A DNA stretch of 64,000 bases, from contig JBDRCO010000065.1 of NCBI GenBank assembly GCA_043821645.1, positions 32,001 to 96,000 on the forward strand, given 5' to 3'. This DNA comes from Pseudomonadota bacterium. GTDB taxonomy: Bacteria > Myxococcota > JACRCW01 > JAFGSX01. Numbering within the stretch: the first letter of the stretch is position 1; each line of letters starts with the position of its first letter. The position numbers and the translations under genes are program-made. Below the pieces are notes generated by a model. The model was not told the origin of the DNA, searched no databases, and saw nothing but the letters and a program-made list of their open reading frames with translations. Shown here in pieces: positions 10,073 through 21,907 of the stretch.

Positions 10073-11002
10073 ATGAGGATCCCTGATCGCGTGGGGCGGT
10101 CCGTGATCGCGACGGTACCGACCCTGTTCATCCTGACCGGCGCTGCCGTGCTGGCGACGGGCGTCCGTGCGCAGGTGGCGGACGAGCCCGGGGCAGCCTC
10201 CGTGCCCGCGGCATCTCCTGCCTCCAGCACCGCCACGACCCGGGCGTCCCGCGAGGGCAGCCCCACCGAGGAGCTGGCCCGCGCGCGCAACCTGTTCGCC
10301 TACGGCGACTACACCGCCGCCGCGGACATGCTCGCCGAGCTGGTGCTGCCGGGGCGCCTGACCGCCGAGGAAGATCTGGTCGAGGCCCACCGCATGCTGG
10401 GCATCTCCTATGCGCTCACCGAGCGTCGCGCCGAGGCCAGGCGAGCCTTCATGGCCCTGCTCTACCTGGCTCCAGACACCCGCCTGGATCCCTTCCTGAC
10501 GCCACCGGCCGTGGTCGAGTTCTTCGATGCCGTCGCCGCAGAGATCGGCGACAAGCTCGACGAGGTCCGGGCCAAGCGTGCGCAGGACAGGGCGCGCGAG
10601 GCCACCATCCCCACCGTCACCGTGGTCGAGCGCACCGTGCGCCAGCGCCCCTGGTTCACCGCCCTGGTCCCCCTGGGCTACCCGCAGTTCGAGCGCGGCG
10701 ACTGGGGCTGGGGGCTGTGGTTCCTGGGCGCGCAGGGGCTGGGCCTGCTGGCCGTGGCGACGACCTCGGTGGCCTCGCTGGCGCTGGTCACCAGTGGCGA
10801 GTTGCCCGCCCAGGACAAGCCCGTGTACGACGCCCTGCGGGTGGGGAACTGGCTGTCCGCAGGAGCCTTGCTCGCGGCCTATGCCGGAGGCGTCCTGGAA
10901 TCTGTCCTGTCCTACCAACCCGAGACTCTGGAGCGCGAGCGTGTGCGCGAGGTCCCCCGGGACCGCGTCCCCGCCCTGAGCGTTCCGGCTGCCAAGGAGT
11001 AG
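10073..11002 (+). CDS. Exported TPR-like protein with C-terminal hydrophobic segments
   Basis: Signal peptide, TPR-like EAHRMLGISY helix, LDPFLTPP, hydrophobic C-terminal helices. Confidence 0.7.
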   Translation: MRIPDRVGRSVIATVPTLFILTGAAVLATGVRAQVADEPGAASVPAASPASSTATTRASREGSPTEELARARNLFAYGDYTAAADMLAELVLPGRLTAEEDLVEAHRMLGISYALTERRAEARRAFMALLYLAPDTRLDPFLTPPAVVEFFDAVAAEIGDKLDEVRAKRAQDRAREATIPTVTVVERTVRQRPWFTALVPLGYPQFERGDWGWGLWFLGAQGLGLLAVATTSVASLALVTSGELPAQDKPVYDALRVGNWLSAGALLAAYAGGVLESVLSYQPETLERERVREVPRDRVPALSVPAAKE

Positions 11003-11006
11003 CGAC

Positions 11007-12848
<1,842 letters not shown>

Positions 12849-12931
12849 GCATGCTGCGGGGAGAGGCACGCGCCCCCTGACAGGGGTGTCGCAGATCTCG
12901 CTGCACAGCGCTCCGGGTCATCTGAGTAGAG

Positions 12932-13519
12932 ATGTGTAAGGTTACGATATTTAATAATTTTTTTTATAGCGCTGGGCTGGCATCGCGCTTGCTCATTGCA
13001 GTGCTCGTGATGTGTGCCACGACACAGCAAGCCTGCCTGATCAGCCCGGTGGATCCGCCCATCGCGGAGCCGGACATCAACCATGGTCCGGTGATCGTTG
13101 ATGCGACGGTGCTCCCCCGCCCGCCCCTTGGCGGGGTCATCGCTGTGAGCTGCCAGGACCAGCAAATCGCGATGGACTTCGAGGTTCGTCAGGTCGTCGA
13201 GTACGACACAGATCAGACCCTGTTCTTCAACTGGTTCATCGACTACACGCCGAACAGCTTCGACATCAACAGCCGCCCTTTTTACGAAATCCCTATCGAA
13301 TCCTCTGGCAGCGAGGTCGTGCGGGACGTGAACCAGAAGGTGCGTGTGCCGGTGGCTTGGCTCCCCGCGCAGCCCGTTGGACGACACGTCGTCGAGGTCC
13401 TGGTGGCGGATACGGAGCCTCTGCCGGGGGAACCTGCCCCCTACCGCACCCTGCCCGAAGGAGGTCTGTATGACCTGTGGTACTGGGTGATCGAGATCGT
13501 CGACGACGGGAGTTGCTGA
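12932..13519 (+). CDS. Hypothetical lipoprotein (start uncertain)
   Basis: Hydrophobic stretch followed by QAC|LISP; stop overlaps the next ATG (TGATG). Confidence 0.65.
   Translation: MCKVTIFNNFFYSAGLASRLLIAVLVMCATTQQACLISPVDPPIAEPDINHGPVIVDATVLPRPPLGGVIAVSCQDQQIAMDFEVRQVVEYDTDQTLFFNWFIDYTPNSFDINSRPFYEIPIESSGSEVVRDVNQKVRVPVAWLPAQPVGRHVVEVLVADTEPLPGEPAPYRTLPEGGLYDLWYWVIEIVDDGSC
12978..12993 (+). promoter_or_regulatory. Putative sigma54 -24/-12 element
   Basis: TGGCATCGCGCTTGCT with GG-N10-GC spacing, preceded by an A/T tract at about 12937-12968. Confidence 0.55.
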
Positions 13520-15159
13520 TGCTGCGCGTTCCTTCCATGGCGCTGCTTGCGTTTGCGCTACCGGCACTTGCCCTGGAGGCCTGCACGGGCTACGCGCCCT
13601 CGGCAGACCTGGGCGCCTACTGCGCCAGTGACGACGAGTGTGGATCTCCCTTCATCTGTGTCTACGGGGCCTGTTACGACCCCGGCACCGCGGCCCTGCA
13701 CAGGGTCTCGCTCGAGGTCGTGCCCAGCGCCAGCAGCGCCCGCCCCACCCAGCAGTTCCCGGACTTCGTGGTCAGTGGGCAGAGCCGCTCCGAGGTGCAC
13801 CTGGCACCCACCATTCACGCCCACCTGCGGGTCGAGGACAGCAGCAGCGGCCCCCTGGCTGCTCTGGTGACGGCGGAGACTGCCGGTGCCATCCCGGGTC
13901 GCCCGCTCCGTGTCGACGAGCGCGCCGCCAGCAACGGGCTCGCGGTGCTGCCCCTGATCTCCGGACTGGCCTACGGCCTGCGCGTGCAGCCCGACGACAC
14001 CACCGCGCCCCCGTTCCGGCCCGGCACCCTGTTCGCCAACAGCGACGTGGATGGCCCGCAGAACACGGTCACGCTGCAGGGCCCCGAGACCAGCACGCTC
14101 TTGCACGTGCGCGGCCGTGTGGTGATCTCGCCGTCGACGCCCATCGGCATCCAGGACCTGCGCGTGCAGCTGCGCGCTCTGGTCGGCACCCCGCCGGAGC
14201 GGCGCACCGTGTCGTCGAGCGCCATCACCCTGGCGACCGAGGACGCCCGGGGACAGTTCGAGCTGCTCCTGCCCTCGGATCTCACCTCGGGATTGCAGCT
14301 TCACATCACGCCCACATCGAGCAATCCGTTCTTCCCGGTGCTCACGCTCGAGGGCCTGGATCTCGACACGGATACCGATCTCGGGGACATTGCCGTGGGC
14401 GACGTGGGTCTGCCCGTCGAGGTCAGCGGCTTGATCCGCGGCCCGTCGGGGCCCGTCGTCGGCGCCTCCGTCAGCTTCGTCGGCGCCGTGGGCAATGGTC
14501 TGTTCTCGACCTCGTCGGTCACGGGCGCGGACGGACGCTACACCGTGAACTTGCTCCCCGGTCTGTACCAGGTGGTCGCGGTGCCGTCCGTGACCTCGAG
14601 CGCTGGCCTGAGCGAGGTGCTGGATCCCGTGCTGGTCGATCGCGTGGCACCGGGGGTCACCCAGATCGATCTGCAGGCCCAGCCCCGGGCTCGCTACAGC
14701 GGGACCGTCCGCGACCGCGATGGCCTGGGTGTGCGCGGCGCCACCCTGCGCGCCTCCAGGCGGGGCAACGCTCCCGAAGCCCAGCCCGGTCCTGCCGACG
14801 ACGTGCGCACCGTGTTCGAGACCCGCACCGACGCCCAGGGCACGTACGAGCTGCGCGTGGACCCGGGACTGTACGAGCTGTCCGTGGTCCCGCCCTCCGA
14901 CGCCCTGCTACCCTGGCGCAGCGACCTCCTGGTGGCGGGTCTGGGCGACGTCGAGCGCGACGTCGAGCTGTACGCCGCGGCCCCCTTCGGCGGACGGATC
15001 ACCGACGAGGAGACCGGAGACGCCCTCGCGGGTGGCCTGGTGCGTGCCTTCCTGGTTCTCGACGACCAACGGGTGGTCCTGGTGGGCGAGGACCTTAGCG
15101 ATCAGAGCGGCGATTTTTCGATCGTGCTGCCCAGCTTCGGCGCCACCACCACGGAATGA
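13519..15159 (+). CDS. Lipoprotein with Cys-rich motif and carboxypeptidase-regulatory-like beta-sandwich repeats
   Basis: LEAC lipobox, CASDDECGSPFICVYGAC, repeated GxV...TGADGRY...PGLY domains. Confidence 0.75.
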   Translation: MLRVPSMALLAFALPALALEACTGYAPSADLGAYCASDDECGSPFICVYGACYDPGTAALHRVSLEVVPSASSARPTQQFPDFVVSGQSRSEVHLAPTIHAHLRVEDSSSGPLAALVTAETAGAIPGRPLRVDERAASNGLAVLPLISGLAYGLRVQPDDTTAPPFRPGTLFANSDVDGPQNTVTLQGPETSTLLHVRGRVVISPSTPIGIQDLRVQLRALVGTPPERRTVSSSAITLATEDARGQFELLLPSDLTSGLQLHITPTSSNPFFPVLTLEGLDLDTDTDLGDIAVGDVGLPVEVSGLIRGPSGPVVGASVSFVGAVGNGLFSTSSVTGADGRYTVNLLPGLYQVVAVPSVTSSAGLSEVLDPVLVDRVAPGVTQIDLQAQPRARYSGTVRDRDGLGVRGATLRASRRGNAPEAQPGPADDVRTVFETRTDAQGTYELRVDPGLYELSVVPPSDALLPWRSDLLVAGLGDVERDVELYAAAPFGGRITDEETGDALAGGLVRAFLVLDDQRVVLVGEDLSDQSGDFSIVLPSFGATTTE

Positions 15160-15229
15160 TCGCGCTCGCGACCCCCGCGACAGCCAACCGGTGAGGGCAG
15201 GGAGCGATCGGCCAGCCCCCCTCGATGTG

Positions 15230-15880
15230 TCAGAATGGACCCATCCCCGCGCGACCCGGTCCCGCCACGTCGAACTGCAACTGGAGGCCGACCATCACAG
15301 AGGCCCCCAGGAGCCAGAAGCTGCGACCTCGCTGTGTCATGGGCGCAAAGGTGTAGCGCGCCTCGACCATGGCCCCGAGCCAGCGCCAGTCGGGCACCAG
15401 CACCGGCGCCACCGCGCCGATCGCGGCGTGCAGGCCGAAGGTGCTCCAGAAACTGTTGCTGGGCTGCTGCGAGCTCAGGATGCTATCGGCGATCATGATG
15501 TTGACCTGATCCACGCCTCCCAGTGCGTAGGGGTGCAGCCACCAGTCCACATCGGGCTTGAAGCCCAGCGAGATGCCGATGTCGACGATGTTGAGTCCGA
15601 TGGTACCCCCGGAGGCCAGCTCGTGCCGCTCCGCAGTCCAGTCGAGATCGATCACCAGGGGCACCACCGCCATCGGATAGTAGTCGAAGCGGAGCCCCAC
15701 GCCGGGCGCACCCACATAGCTGGACACCACGGGATCGCGAGCGTTGGTGCTCTCGTCGAAAAAGGGGTTGGGCACGTAGCGATAGCCAGCGTGCACGCCC
15801 ACACTGCCGTGATCCTCGTGGATTCGGCTATCCACCTGCGCGAGCGCACAGATTGCCAGGACGCTGGCCAGGGCAAACAT
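15230..15880 (-). CDS. Putative outer-membrane beta-barrel protein
   Basis: ATG 15880 behind GGAGGTG; signal peptide; amphipathic strands such as LHPYALGGV and VGLQLQF. Confidence 0.6.
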   Translation of the reverse strand: MFALASVLAICALAQVDSRIHEDHGSVGVHAGYRYVPNPFFDESTNARDPVVSSYVGAPGVGLRFDYYPMAVVPLVIDLDWTAERHELASGGTIGLNIVDIGISLGFKPDVDWWLHPYALGGVDQVNIMIADSILSSQQPSNSFWSTFGLHAAIGAVAPVLVPDWRWLGAMVEARYTFAPMTQRGRSFWLLGASVMVGLQLQFDVAGPGRAGMGPF

Positions 15881-15980
15881 GTCGTCACCTCCGGCGACCT
15901 GTCTACCACGCCCCAGGTTCGGGACGAAGCGGACCTTCCGTGCTCCGTCGAGAAATGCCCCATAAAGCCTCGGCCTCATC

Positions 15981-16009
15981 TTGACAGGTGGGCATGGCCC
16001 GCCTAGATT
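15981..16009 (+). promoter_or_regulatory. Sigma70 promoter of the tRNA pair
   Basis: TTGACA-N17-TAGATT followed by a GC-rich discriminator. Confidence 0.7.
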
Positions 16010-16059
16010 GCGCCTGCTGCGCGGCCGATTCACCGCGTGGTGGCCAGCCGTGAGCACGC

Positions 16060-16135
16060 GGGCGGCTAGCTCAGTTGGTAGAGCAGCAGACTTTTAATCT
16101 GCAGGCCCTGGGTTCGAACCCCAGGCCGCTCACCA
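16060..16135 (+). tRNA. tRNA-Lys(TTT)
   Basis: Acceptor stem GGGCGGC/GCCGCTC, anticodon arm GCAGA-CTTTTAA-TCTGC, GTTCGAA T-loop, encoded CCA; 76 nt. Confidence 0.97.
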
Positions 16136-16156
16136 AGCTGGCCAGGTGAATATCGG

Positions 16157-16231
16157 GTCCCCATCGTCTAGCCCGGCCCAGGACACCGCCCTTTCACGGC
16201 GGCGACGGGGGTTCAAATCCCCCTGGGGACA
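16157..16231 (+). tRNA. tRNA-Glu(TTC)
   Basis: Acceptor stem GTCCCCA/TGGGGAC, anticodon arm CCGCC-CTTTCAC-GGCGG, GTTCAAA T-loop; CCA not encoded. Confidence 0.97.
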
Positions 16232-16563
16232 TTTTCCAGCACGGCGGCACCGGCCGCCTCCCTCGACCACCGCGACACTCGATCCCAGGCTCCTCGCCTC
16301 CTGGCGGTGCGCTCGCCCGGGCTTCGCGTCAACGGCACTGCAAGCGATGGCCCCGTGCCTGCTGCCGTCGGGCGACAGCCGCCCGCAGAAGCCAACCTTT
16401 TTACCGATAGCGGGCCCCAGGGGACAACATGGATGGCTCAGTGTCGTGCAACTTGTATGGCTCCGGCGCTTGGTGCTAAACACGGATGGCCTGACACTCT
16501 TCGGCAGTGCCAGCGGATCTGAGTGTTCTTTTTCCCCTCGGCGATTGCCCGGAGGTGGCTCCC

Positions 16564-19500
16564 ATGAGCGACCCGAAGAACCCGAACGACCACGACGAAG
16601 CCGCAGCGGCGGCCTCTTCGATCGAGGACAAGTGGTTCTCGCAGGAAAACCAGGAGGTGACAGCCGATCCCGCTCCCGGGGCAGCCACTGCGGTGCAGTC
16701 GTCGACGCACAGCGAACCCGCAGCCCCCCGCAGCTTCGGCGTGCGGCCCGAGGAGGGAGCGGGCGGGGACTCCTGGAGCGGGGAATCTTCTGGCTCAGCG
16801 AAGATCATCGTCGATGAGAGCTTGATGGCTGACAGCGACGTCAGCAGCGGTTTCTCCATCGCCCCGCTGCGGTCTGCACCGGCGACGCCACTGGCCCCGG
16901 CCCTGCCTGCTCTCCCGGACGAGCGCCAGCCCCACATCGCTGACGCGGCCACCCAGGCCTCGGCCCAGGAGCGCATCAACGTCTGCGAACGCGAGGCCAA
17001 GGCCTTTGCAGCTGACCGTCGAGCCGCCCCTCTGTGGTACGAGGCCGGCGGTCTGTACGAGGAGATCCTGCGCAATCCGCGGCAGGCAGCGACCTGCTAT
17101 CAGGCGGCCTTCACCTCGGACCCGACCTACACGCCCGTGCTACATGCCGCTCGCCGATTGTTCTCGGAGATCGGCAACTGGCCCATGGTGGCCCACCTCG
17201 TGACCGCCGAGCTGCGGGTGGTCACGGAGGCCACTGCCAAGGCGCCGCTGCTGGTCCTGCGCGGACACGTCCTCGAGACCAAGCTCTCCAAGGACAGCGA
17301 CGCGGAGCAATCCTACCGGGAAGCCCTGGACACCCTCCCCACCTGTGCCGCGGCCTACGATGCCCTGCAACGCCGCATGCTGCAGCAGGGACGTCATGGC
17401 GAGTGGGTCGAGCTGGCCAGAGCCAGCATGGAGCGCCTTCCCGCAGGTCCCCTGGCGGACCGCTGGGCGCTGGACATCGCCCGGGTGTTCGAGTCTCCAC
17501 TCGGCGACACCGCAGCGGCCCTCGCCCTGTACCAGCGGGTCCTCACGGGCAGCCCGGGCCACGAGGAGGCAGCGCGCGCCCGGGTCACCGCCTTGCGACG
17601 GCTGGGCCAGGACCGCGAGCTCACCGAGGCTCTGGTGCACGTGGCCGGACTCAGCCAGGGTGCCGCGCGTGCGGTGCTCCTGGTCGAGGCCGCGCGGCTG
17701 TACCGGGCTCGCCTCGAGGACATGGGCACGGCCCGCAACCTGCTCGAGCGCGCGCGGGACGCTTCCCCCCGGAACCTTCTGGTACTGCGCGAACTGAGTG
17801 ATCTGCTCTCTGCCACCAGCGAGCACCAGGCGCTGGCCGATGTCCTGCTGGAGCTGGCCACGACCCTGACCGATCCCCGGGAGCGCGCCGCACTGTACGC
17901 CGAGCTCGGTCGGATCTTCGAGGAGCGCCTGAGCAACGAAGAAAAGGCCATCGAGCAGTTCCAGCGTGTGGTCGAGCTGGACCCGCATTACCAGCCCGCC
18001 GTGGTGTCTCTGGGTCGCCTCTACTTCAGGCATGGGCGTTACGCGGACCTGGTCGTGCTGTACGACCGTGAGCTGAGCGAGCTGCAGGATCCCCTGCAGC
18101 GCGTGCCCCGCCTGTTCAAGGTTGCCGAGCTGCTGCAATTCCAGATGGGCGACATCGACGGTGCCCTGGCCCGCTACCGGGAGATCCTGGAGATCGAGCC
18201 CTACTACATCCCGGCGCAGAAGGCCGTGACGGTGCTGCTCAACGCAGGTGAGCGCTGGGCGGAGCTGGTCGCCTTGTACGAGAACGAGCTGCAGCATACC
18301 GAGGACAGGGATCAGAAGATTTTCCTGCTCGACCGCATTGGCACCCTGCACGAGGAGAAGCTGGGCGACATCGACAAGGCCATCGATGCTTTCGAGCGCA
18401 TGCTTGTCATCGCACCGGGCTACTTGCCGGCGATCCGGACCCTGGGCAAGCTGTACGCCTCGGCCGAGCTGTATGCGGACCTGATCCGCATCCACGACCA
18501 GGAAGCACAGGCCATCCAGGATCCCAAGCAGGTGGTGGCGCTGCTGTTCAGGACCGGCGAGATCTACGAGAACCACCTGGGTGACGCCGACAAGGCCATC
18601 GAGGTCTACCGCAAGGTGCTCGGGCTCGCGCCCAGCTATCTGCCTGCTCTCAAGGCCCTGGGGCGGCTGTACCACCAGCGCGGTCTGTTCCGCGACCTCA
18701 TCGACATGAACAGGCAGGAGATCGAGGTCACCTCGGATCCGCTGCAGCGCGCCTCGCTGCTCTTCAAGATCGGTGAGATGCACGAGGAGCGCCTCGACGA
18801 GCCGGATCGCGCTGTCGAGGCGTATCGCGAGGTCCTGCGGGAAGTCCCGGGCTTCTACCCGGCCTTGCGCGCCCTGGCGCGCATCATGCTCAGCCGCGGC
18901 GACGCTGCGGGCCTGGCCGAGGTGGCCAAGCTCGAGTGCGAGATCCTTGAGAACCCGCGCGAGCGCGCCGTGGCACGCTGCCGTGCCGCGCTCATCGAGG
19001 AGATCCCGCTTGGCCGGGATCAGGATGCACAGCAGACCTACCAGGCCGCCCTGGTGGACTCGCCGCTGCTCGCCGACGCCATCGAAGCGCTGATTCGCAT
19101 TGCCCAGCGTCAACGCGATCCCGAGGCCGTGCTGGAGGTCCTGCGCACGGCCGCTGACGGCAGCGAGGGAGCACAGCGCCTGGCCCTGCTGCGGCGCCTG
19201 GCCTCAGTCCAGGCTCACGAGACGAGGCGGCCTGCCGAAGCCCTGGCCAGTTTCCGGGGTATCCTGGAAAGCTCCCCCGAGGACGTCGATGCGCTGCAGG
19301 GTGCCCTCCACTGCGCGCTCGAGCTGCGCGACTATCGCGAGGCGATCTCCTGGGCCGAGCGCCTCGCCGGACGGGTTCCCGACCCCGCCAGTGCTGCCGC
19401 ACTGCACCTGCAAGTAGCCCTGTGGCGAAGCTCCCACCTCGATCCACCAGAGGATCCCACCGCGAACTTCCTGCGCGTGCTCGAGTACGAGCCTGGCAAC

Positions 19501-21906
19501 CCGGTCGCGCTTCGAGAGGTGGAGACCGCCTACACCAAGGCTGGCTTCGATGAGGGTCTGTATGCCCTGTACCTACGCGAGCGCGAGCTGCTGCCCGATG
19601 GTGCGCAGAAGCTCCACCTGACCCTGCGGCTGGCAGATCTGGCACTCGGCCCGATCCATCGAACCGAAGACGCGGTCCTGCTGCTCGAAGAAGCCGTGGC
19701 CGCGGACCCCACGTCGACGGTGGCGCTTCGCCGGCTCAAGGAGGCCTACCAGACCACGGGGCGGCCTCAGGATCAGCTTCGCGTGCTGGCCCTGGAGGCC
19801 GATGCCAGCCCGGATCCGCAAGCCGCGGTGCGCAGCTTGATGGAAGTGGGCCACCTGCAGGAGAGCCAGACCGGCGACAAGAATGCCGCGGCCGACTGCT
19901 ATCTCAAGGTCCTGGGCAAGGATCCCACCAACAGCGAGGCCTTCTCCAGAGCCGAGCATCTGCTGGGTGAACTCCAGCGTCCGGTCGAACTCGCCGCGCT
20001 GTATCACCGGCGCAGTGACGTCGTCGACGGCGTGGACTCCAAGATCGGACTCCTGCTGCGCGCCGCGGAGATCGAGAAGGGCACGCTCGAGAAGCCCGTG
20101 ACCGCCCTGGCGAGTTTCCGCGAGGTGCTGGCCCTGAGCCCCAAGCACGTGCCTGCCCTCGTCGGCACCGCGGACCTCGAACTCGCCCTGGAGCACCATG
20201 CCGAAGCTGCGGAGCTGTACACCCAGGTCGTGCAGACCACCGGCGACGCCGCGATCACTGGCCCCATCTTCGAACGACTGGGCGACCTGTACAGCGGTTC
20301 GCTCGCAGATCCGGGGCGCGCCGTGCAGGCCTACGTCGCAGCCATGAACGCCCGGCCCAACCAGCCCGGCGTGCTGCGCAAGCTCGGCGATCTGTACATC
20401 GCGCAGCAGGCCTGGCCACAAGCCTCGGACGTCCTGGCCAAGCGCCTGACCTTCGCTCCCGGCACCGAGGACAAGCTGGATACCTTGTTCAAGCTGGCCC
20501 AGGTGTGCGAGACCGGACTGAACAATCCGGCCCAGGCGGCGCAGTTCCTCGAGCAGGCCATCACCCTCAGTCCGTCGTCGCCACAGACCGTGGAGCGCCT
20601 GGCCGGGCTGTACCGGAGGTCCGGGGACTTCGCCTCCCTCGCCAGTGCCCTGACCCGCATGCTCAACAGCACGCCAGCCGAGCAACGGCAGACGCTGCTG
20701 CCGCTGTACCGGGAGCTGGCCGCGGTGTACGAGCAAAATCTCGGGCAGATCGACAAGGCGATCGATGTCTACCGCGCCCTGCTGGGTGTGGATCCAAGTG
20801 ACTCCGTCGCTCGCACCAAGCTGGCCACTCTCTTCGAGTCGCAGCCTGCCAGCCGCGACCGCGCCATCGAGGAGTACCGCAAGCTGGCCGAGGCCTCACC
20901 GGTCCAGGTGACGGCCTATCGCGGCCTGCGCAAGCTGTTCGATGCCGAGGGTGTCCACGACAAGAAGTACTGCGCCTGCGAGATCCTGGCGGTCCTGCGC
21001 AGCACAGATGAGGACGAGAGCTTCTTCTTCGAGGACAATCGCAACCGTGCACCACAGCAGCTGGACTACGGGCTCAGCGAGGAACAGCACGAGCAGTGGC
21101 TGGTACACCCCGACGAGCGCACCATCGTGCGCCGCATCGTCCGGGCATGCAGCACCGAGCTGAGCAAGGTCTTTCCCGCCGACCTGACCGCTTACCAGGT
21201 GACGCGGAACGACCGCATCACACCCAAGACCAATGACCCGCTGCGCGGTCTGTGCGACTCCCTGGCGCACGCCCTCACCGACAACCGCCTGAGCTTCGAC
21301 CTCTACCGCTGCCGGGCCAAAGCCCTCGCCCTGGCGGTGCAAAACACCGACCCGCCCAGCCTCATCGTCGGATCCGAGATCATTCGCCGGCACCCCACGC
21401 GCGAGCAGCGGTTCCTGGTGGGTTCCCAGCTCGAAGGTTTGATCTCGGGTCATCACCTGCTCGAGGGCATGGATGCCGTTGGTCTGGCAACCTTCATCTC
21501 GGCACTTGGCCTGGCCATCCAGAGTGGCTTCCCGCCCCTTCCTGGTGCCGGTGACGTCGAGGAACTGTCCAAGCGTGTCGCAAAGGCCCTGTCACGCGGC
21601 GCACGCAAGACGCTGGCCCCGCTCATCGCCGAGCTCGATCAAGGTCGCGCGCAGATCAACCTGCAACGCTACTTGCAGGCGACGGACCTGACCCGGGTAC
21701 GCGCCGGGATGCTGCTGGCAAACGACATCGAGTCTGCGCTCCGCCTGGTCGCCCGCGACCTGGGTGTGAACTACAGCCTCAATGACATCGATGCGCTCAA
21801 CCTCGTGCTGCTGCGTCAACCCCGCATGCGCGAGATCTTCGCCTTCTCGATCAGCGAGGATTACTTCTCGGCCCGGCGCGCGCTGCACGTCGCCATCGAC
21901 CTGTAG
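16564..21906 (+). CDS. Giant tetratricopeptide repeat protein (~1780 aa, myxobacterial type)
   Basis: Many repeats like GEIYENHLGDADKAIEVYRKVLGLAPSYLPALKALGRLY; ATG 16564 behind GGAGGT. Confidence 0.9.
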   Translation: MSDPKNPNDHDEAAAAASSIEDKWFSQENQEVTADPAPGAATAVQSSTHSEPAAPRSFGVRPEEGAGGDSWSGESSGSAKIIVDESLMADSDVSSGFSIAPLRSAPATPLAPALPALPDERQPHIADAATQASAQERINVCEREAKAFAADRRAAPLWYEAGGLYEEILRNPRQAATCYQAAFTSDPTYTPVLHAARRLFSEIGNWPMVAHLVTAELRVVTEATAKAPLLVLRGHVLETKLSKDSDAEQSYREALDTLPTCAAAYDALQRRMLQQGRHGEWVELARASMERLPAGPLADRWALDIARVFESPLGDTAAALALYQRVLTGSPGHEEAARARVTALRRLGQDRELTEALVHVAGLSQGAARAVLLVEAARLYRARLEDMGTARNLLERARDASPRNLLVLRELSDLLSATSEHQALADVLLELATTLTDPRERAALYAELGRIFEERLSNEEKAIEQFQRVVELDPHYQPAVVSLGRLYFRHGRYADLVVLYDRELSELQDPLQRVPRLFKVAELLQFQMGDIDGALARYREILEIEPYYIPAQKAVTVLLNAGERWAELVALYENELQHTEDRDQKIFLLDRIGTLHEEKLGDIDKAIDAFERMLVIAPGYLPAIRTLGKLYASAELYADLIRIHDQEAQAIQDPKQVVALLFRTGEIYENHLGDADKAIEVYRKVLGLAPSYLPALKALGRLYHQRGLFRDLIDMNRQEIEVTSDPLQRASLLFKIGEMHEERLDEPDRAVEAYREVLREVPGFYPALRALARIMLSRGDAAGLAEVAKLECEILENPRERAVARCRAALIEEIPLGRDQDAQQTYQAALVDSPLLADAIEALIRIAQRQRDPEAVLEVLRTAADGSEGAQRLALLRRLASVQAHETRRPAEALASFRGILESSPEDVDALQGALHCALELRDYREAISWAERLAGRVPDPASAAALHLQVALWRSSHLDPPEDPTANFLRVLEYEPGNPVALREVETAYTKAGFDEGLYALYLRERELLPDGAQKLHLTLRLADLALGPIHRTEDAVLLLEEAVAADPTSTVALRRLKEAYQTTGRPQDQLRVLALEADASPDPQAAVRSLMEVGHLQESQTGDKNAAADCYLKVLGKDPTNSEAFSRAEHLLGELQRPVELAALYHRRSDVVDGVDSKIGLLLRAAEIEKGTLEKPVTALASFREVLALSPKHVPALVGTADLELALEHHAEAAELYTQVVQTTGDAAITGPIFERLGDLYSGSLADPGRAVQAYVAAMNARPNQPGVLRKLGDLYIAQQAWPQASDVLAKRLTFAPGTEDKLDTLFKLAQVCETGLNNPAQAAQFLEQAITLSPSSPQTVERLAGLYRRSGDFASLASALTRMLNSTPAEQRQTLLPLYRELAAVYEQNLGQIDKAIDVYRALLGVDPSDSVARTKLATLFESQPASRDRAIEEYRKLAEASPVQVTAYRGLRKLFDAEGVHDKKYCACEILAVLRSTDEDESFFFEDNRNRAPQQLDYGLSEEQHEQWLVHPDERTIVRRIVRACSTELSKVFPADLTAYQVTRNDRITPKTNDPLRGLCDSLAHALTDNRLSFDLYRCRAKALALAVQNTDPPSLIVGSEIIRRHPTREQRFLVGSQLEGLISGHHLLEGMDAVGLATFISALGLAIQSGFPPLPGAGDVEELSKRVAKALSRGARKTLAPLIAELDQGRAQINLQRYLQATDLTRVRAGMLLANDIESALRLVARDLGVNYSLNDIDALNLVLLRQPRMREIFAFSISEDYFSARRALHVAIDL

Positions 21907-21907
21907 C

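Noticed and set aside
16060-16563. tRNAs as a possible integration site
   Set aside because: No integrase, no duplicated tRNA 3' end noticed, and no compositional shift downstream.
17140-20736. Long minus-strand ORFs opposite the TPR gene, and similar ones opposite fadD, the EBP, rpoA, the WD40 and coiled-coil genes
   Set aside because: Shadow ORFs expected from GC3 bias; the opposite strand carries the recognisable proteins.
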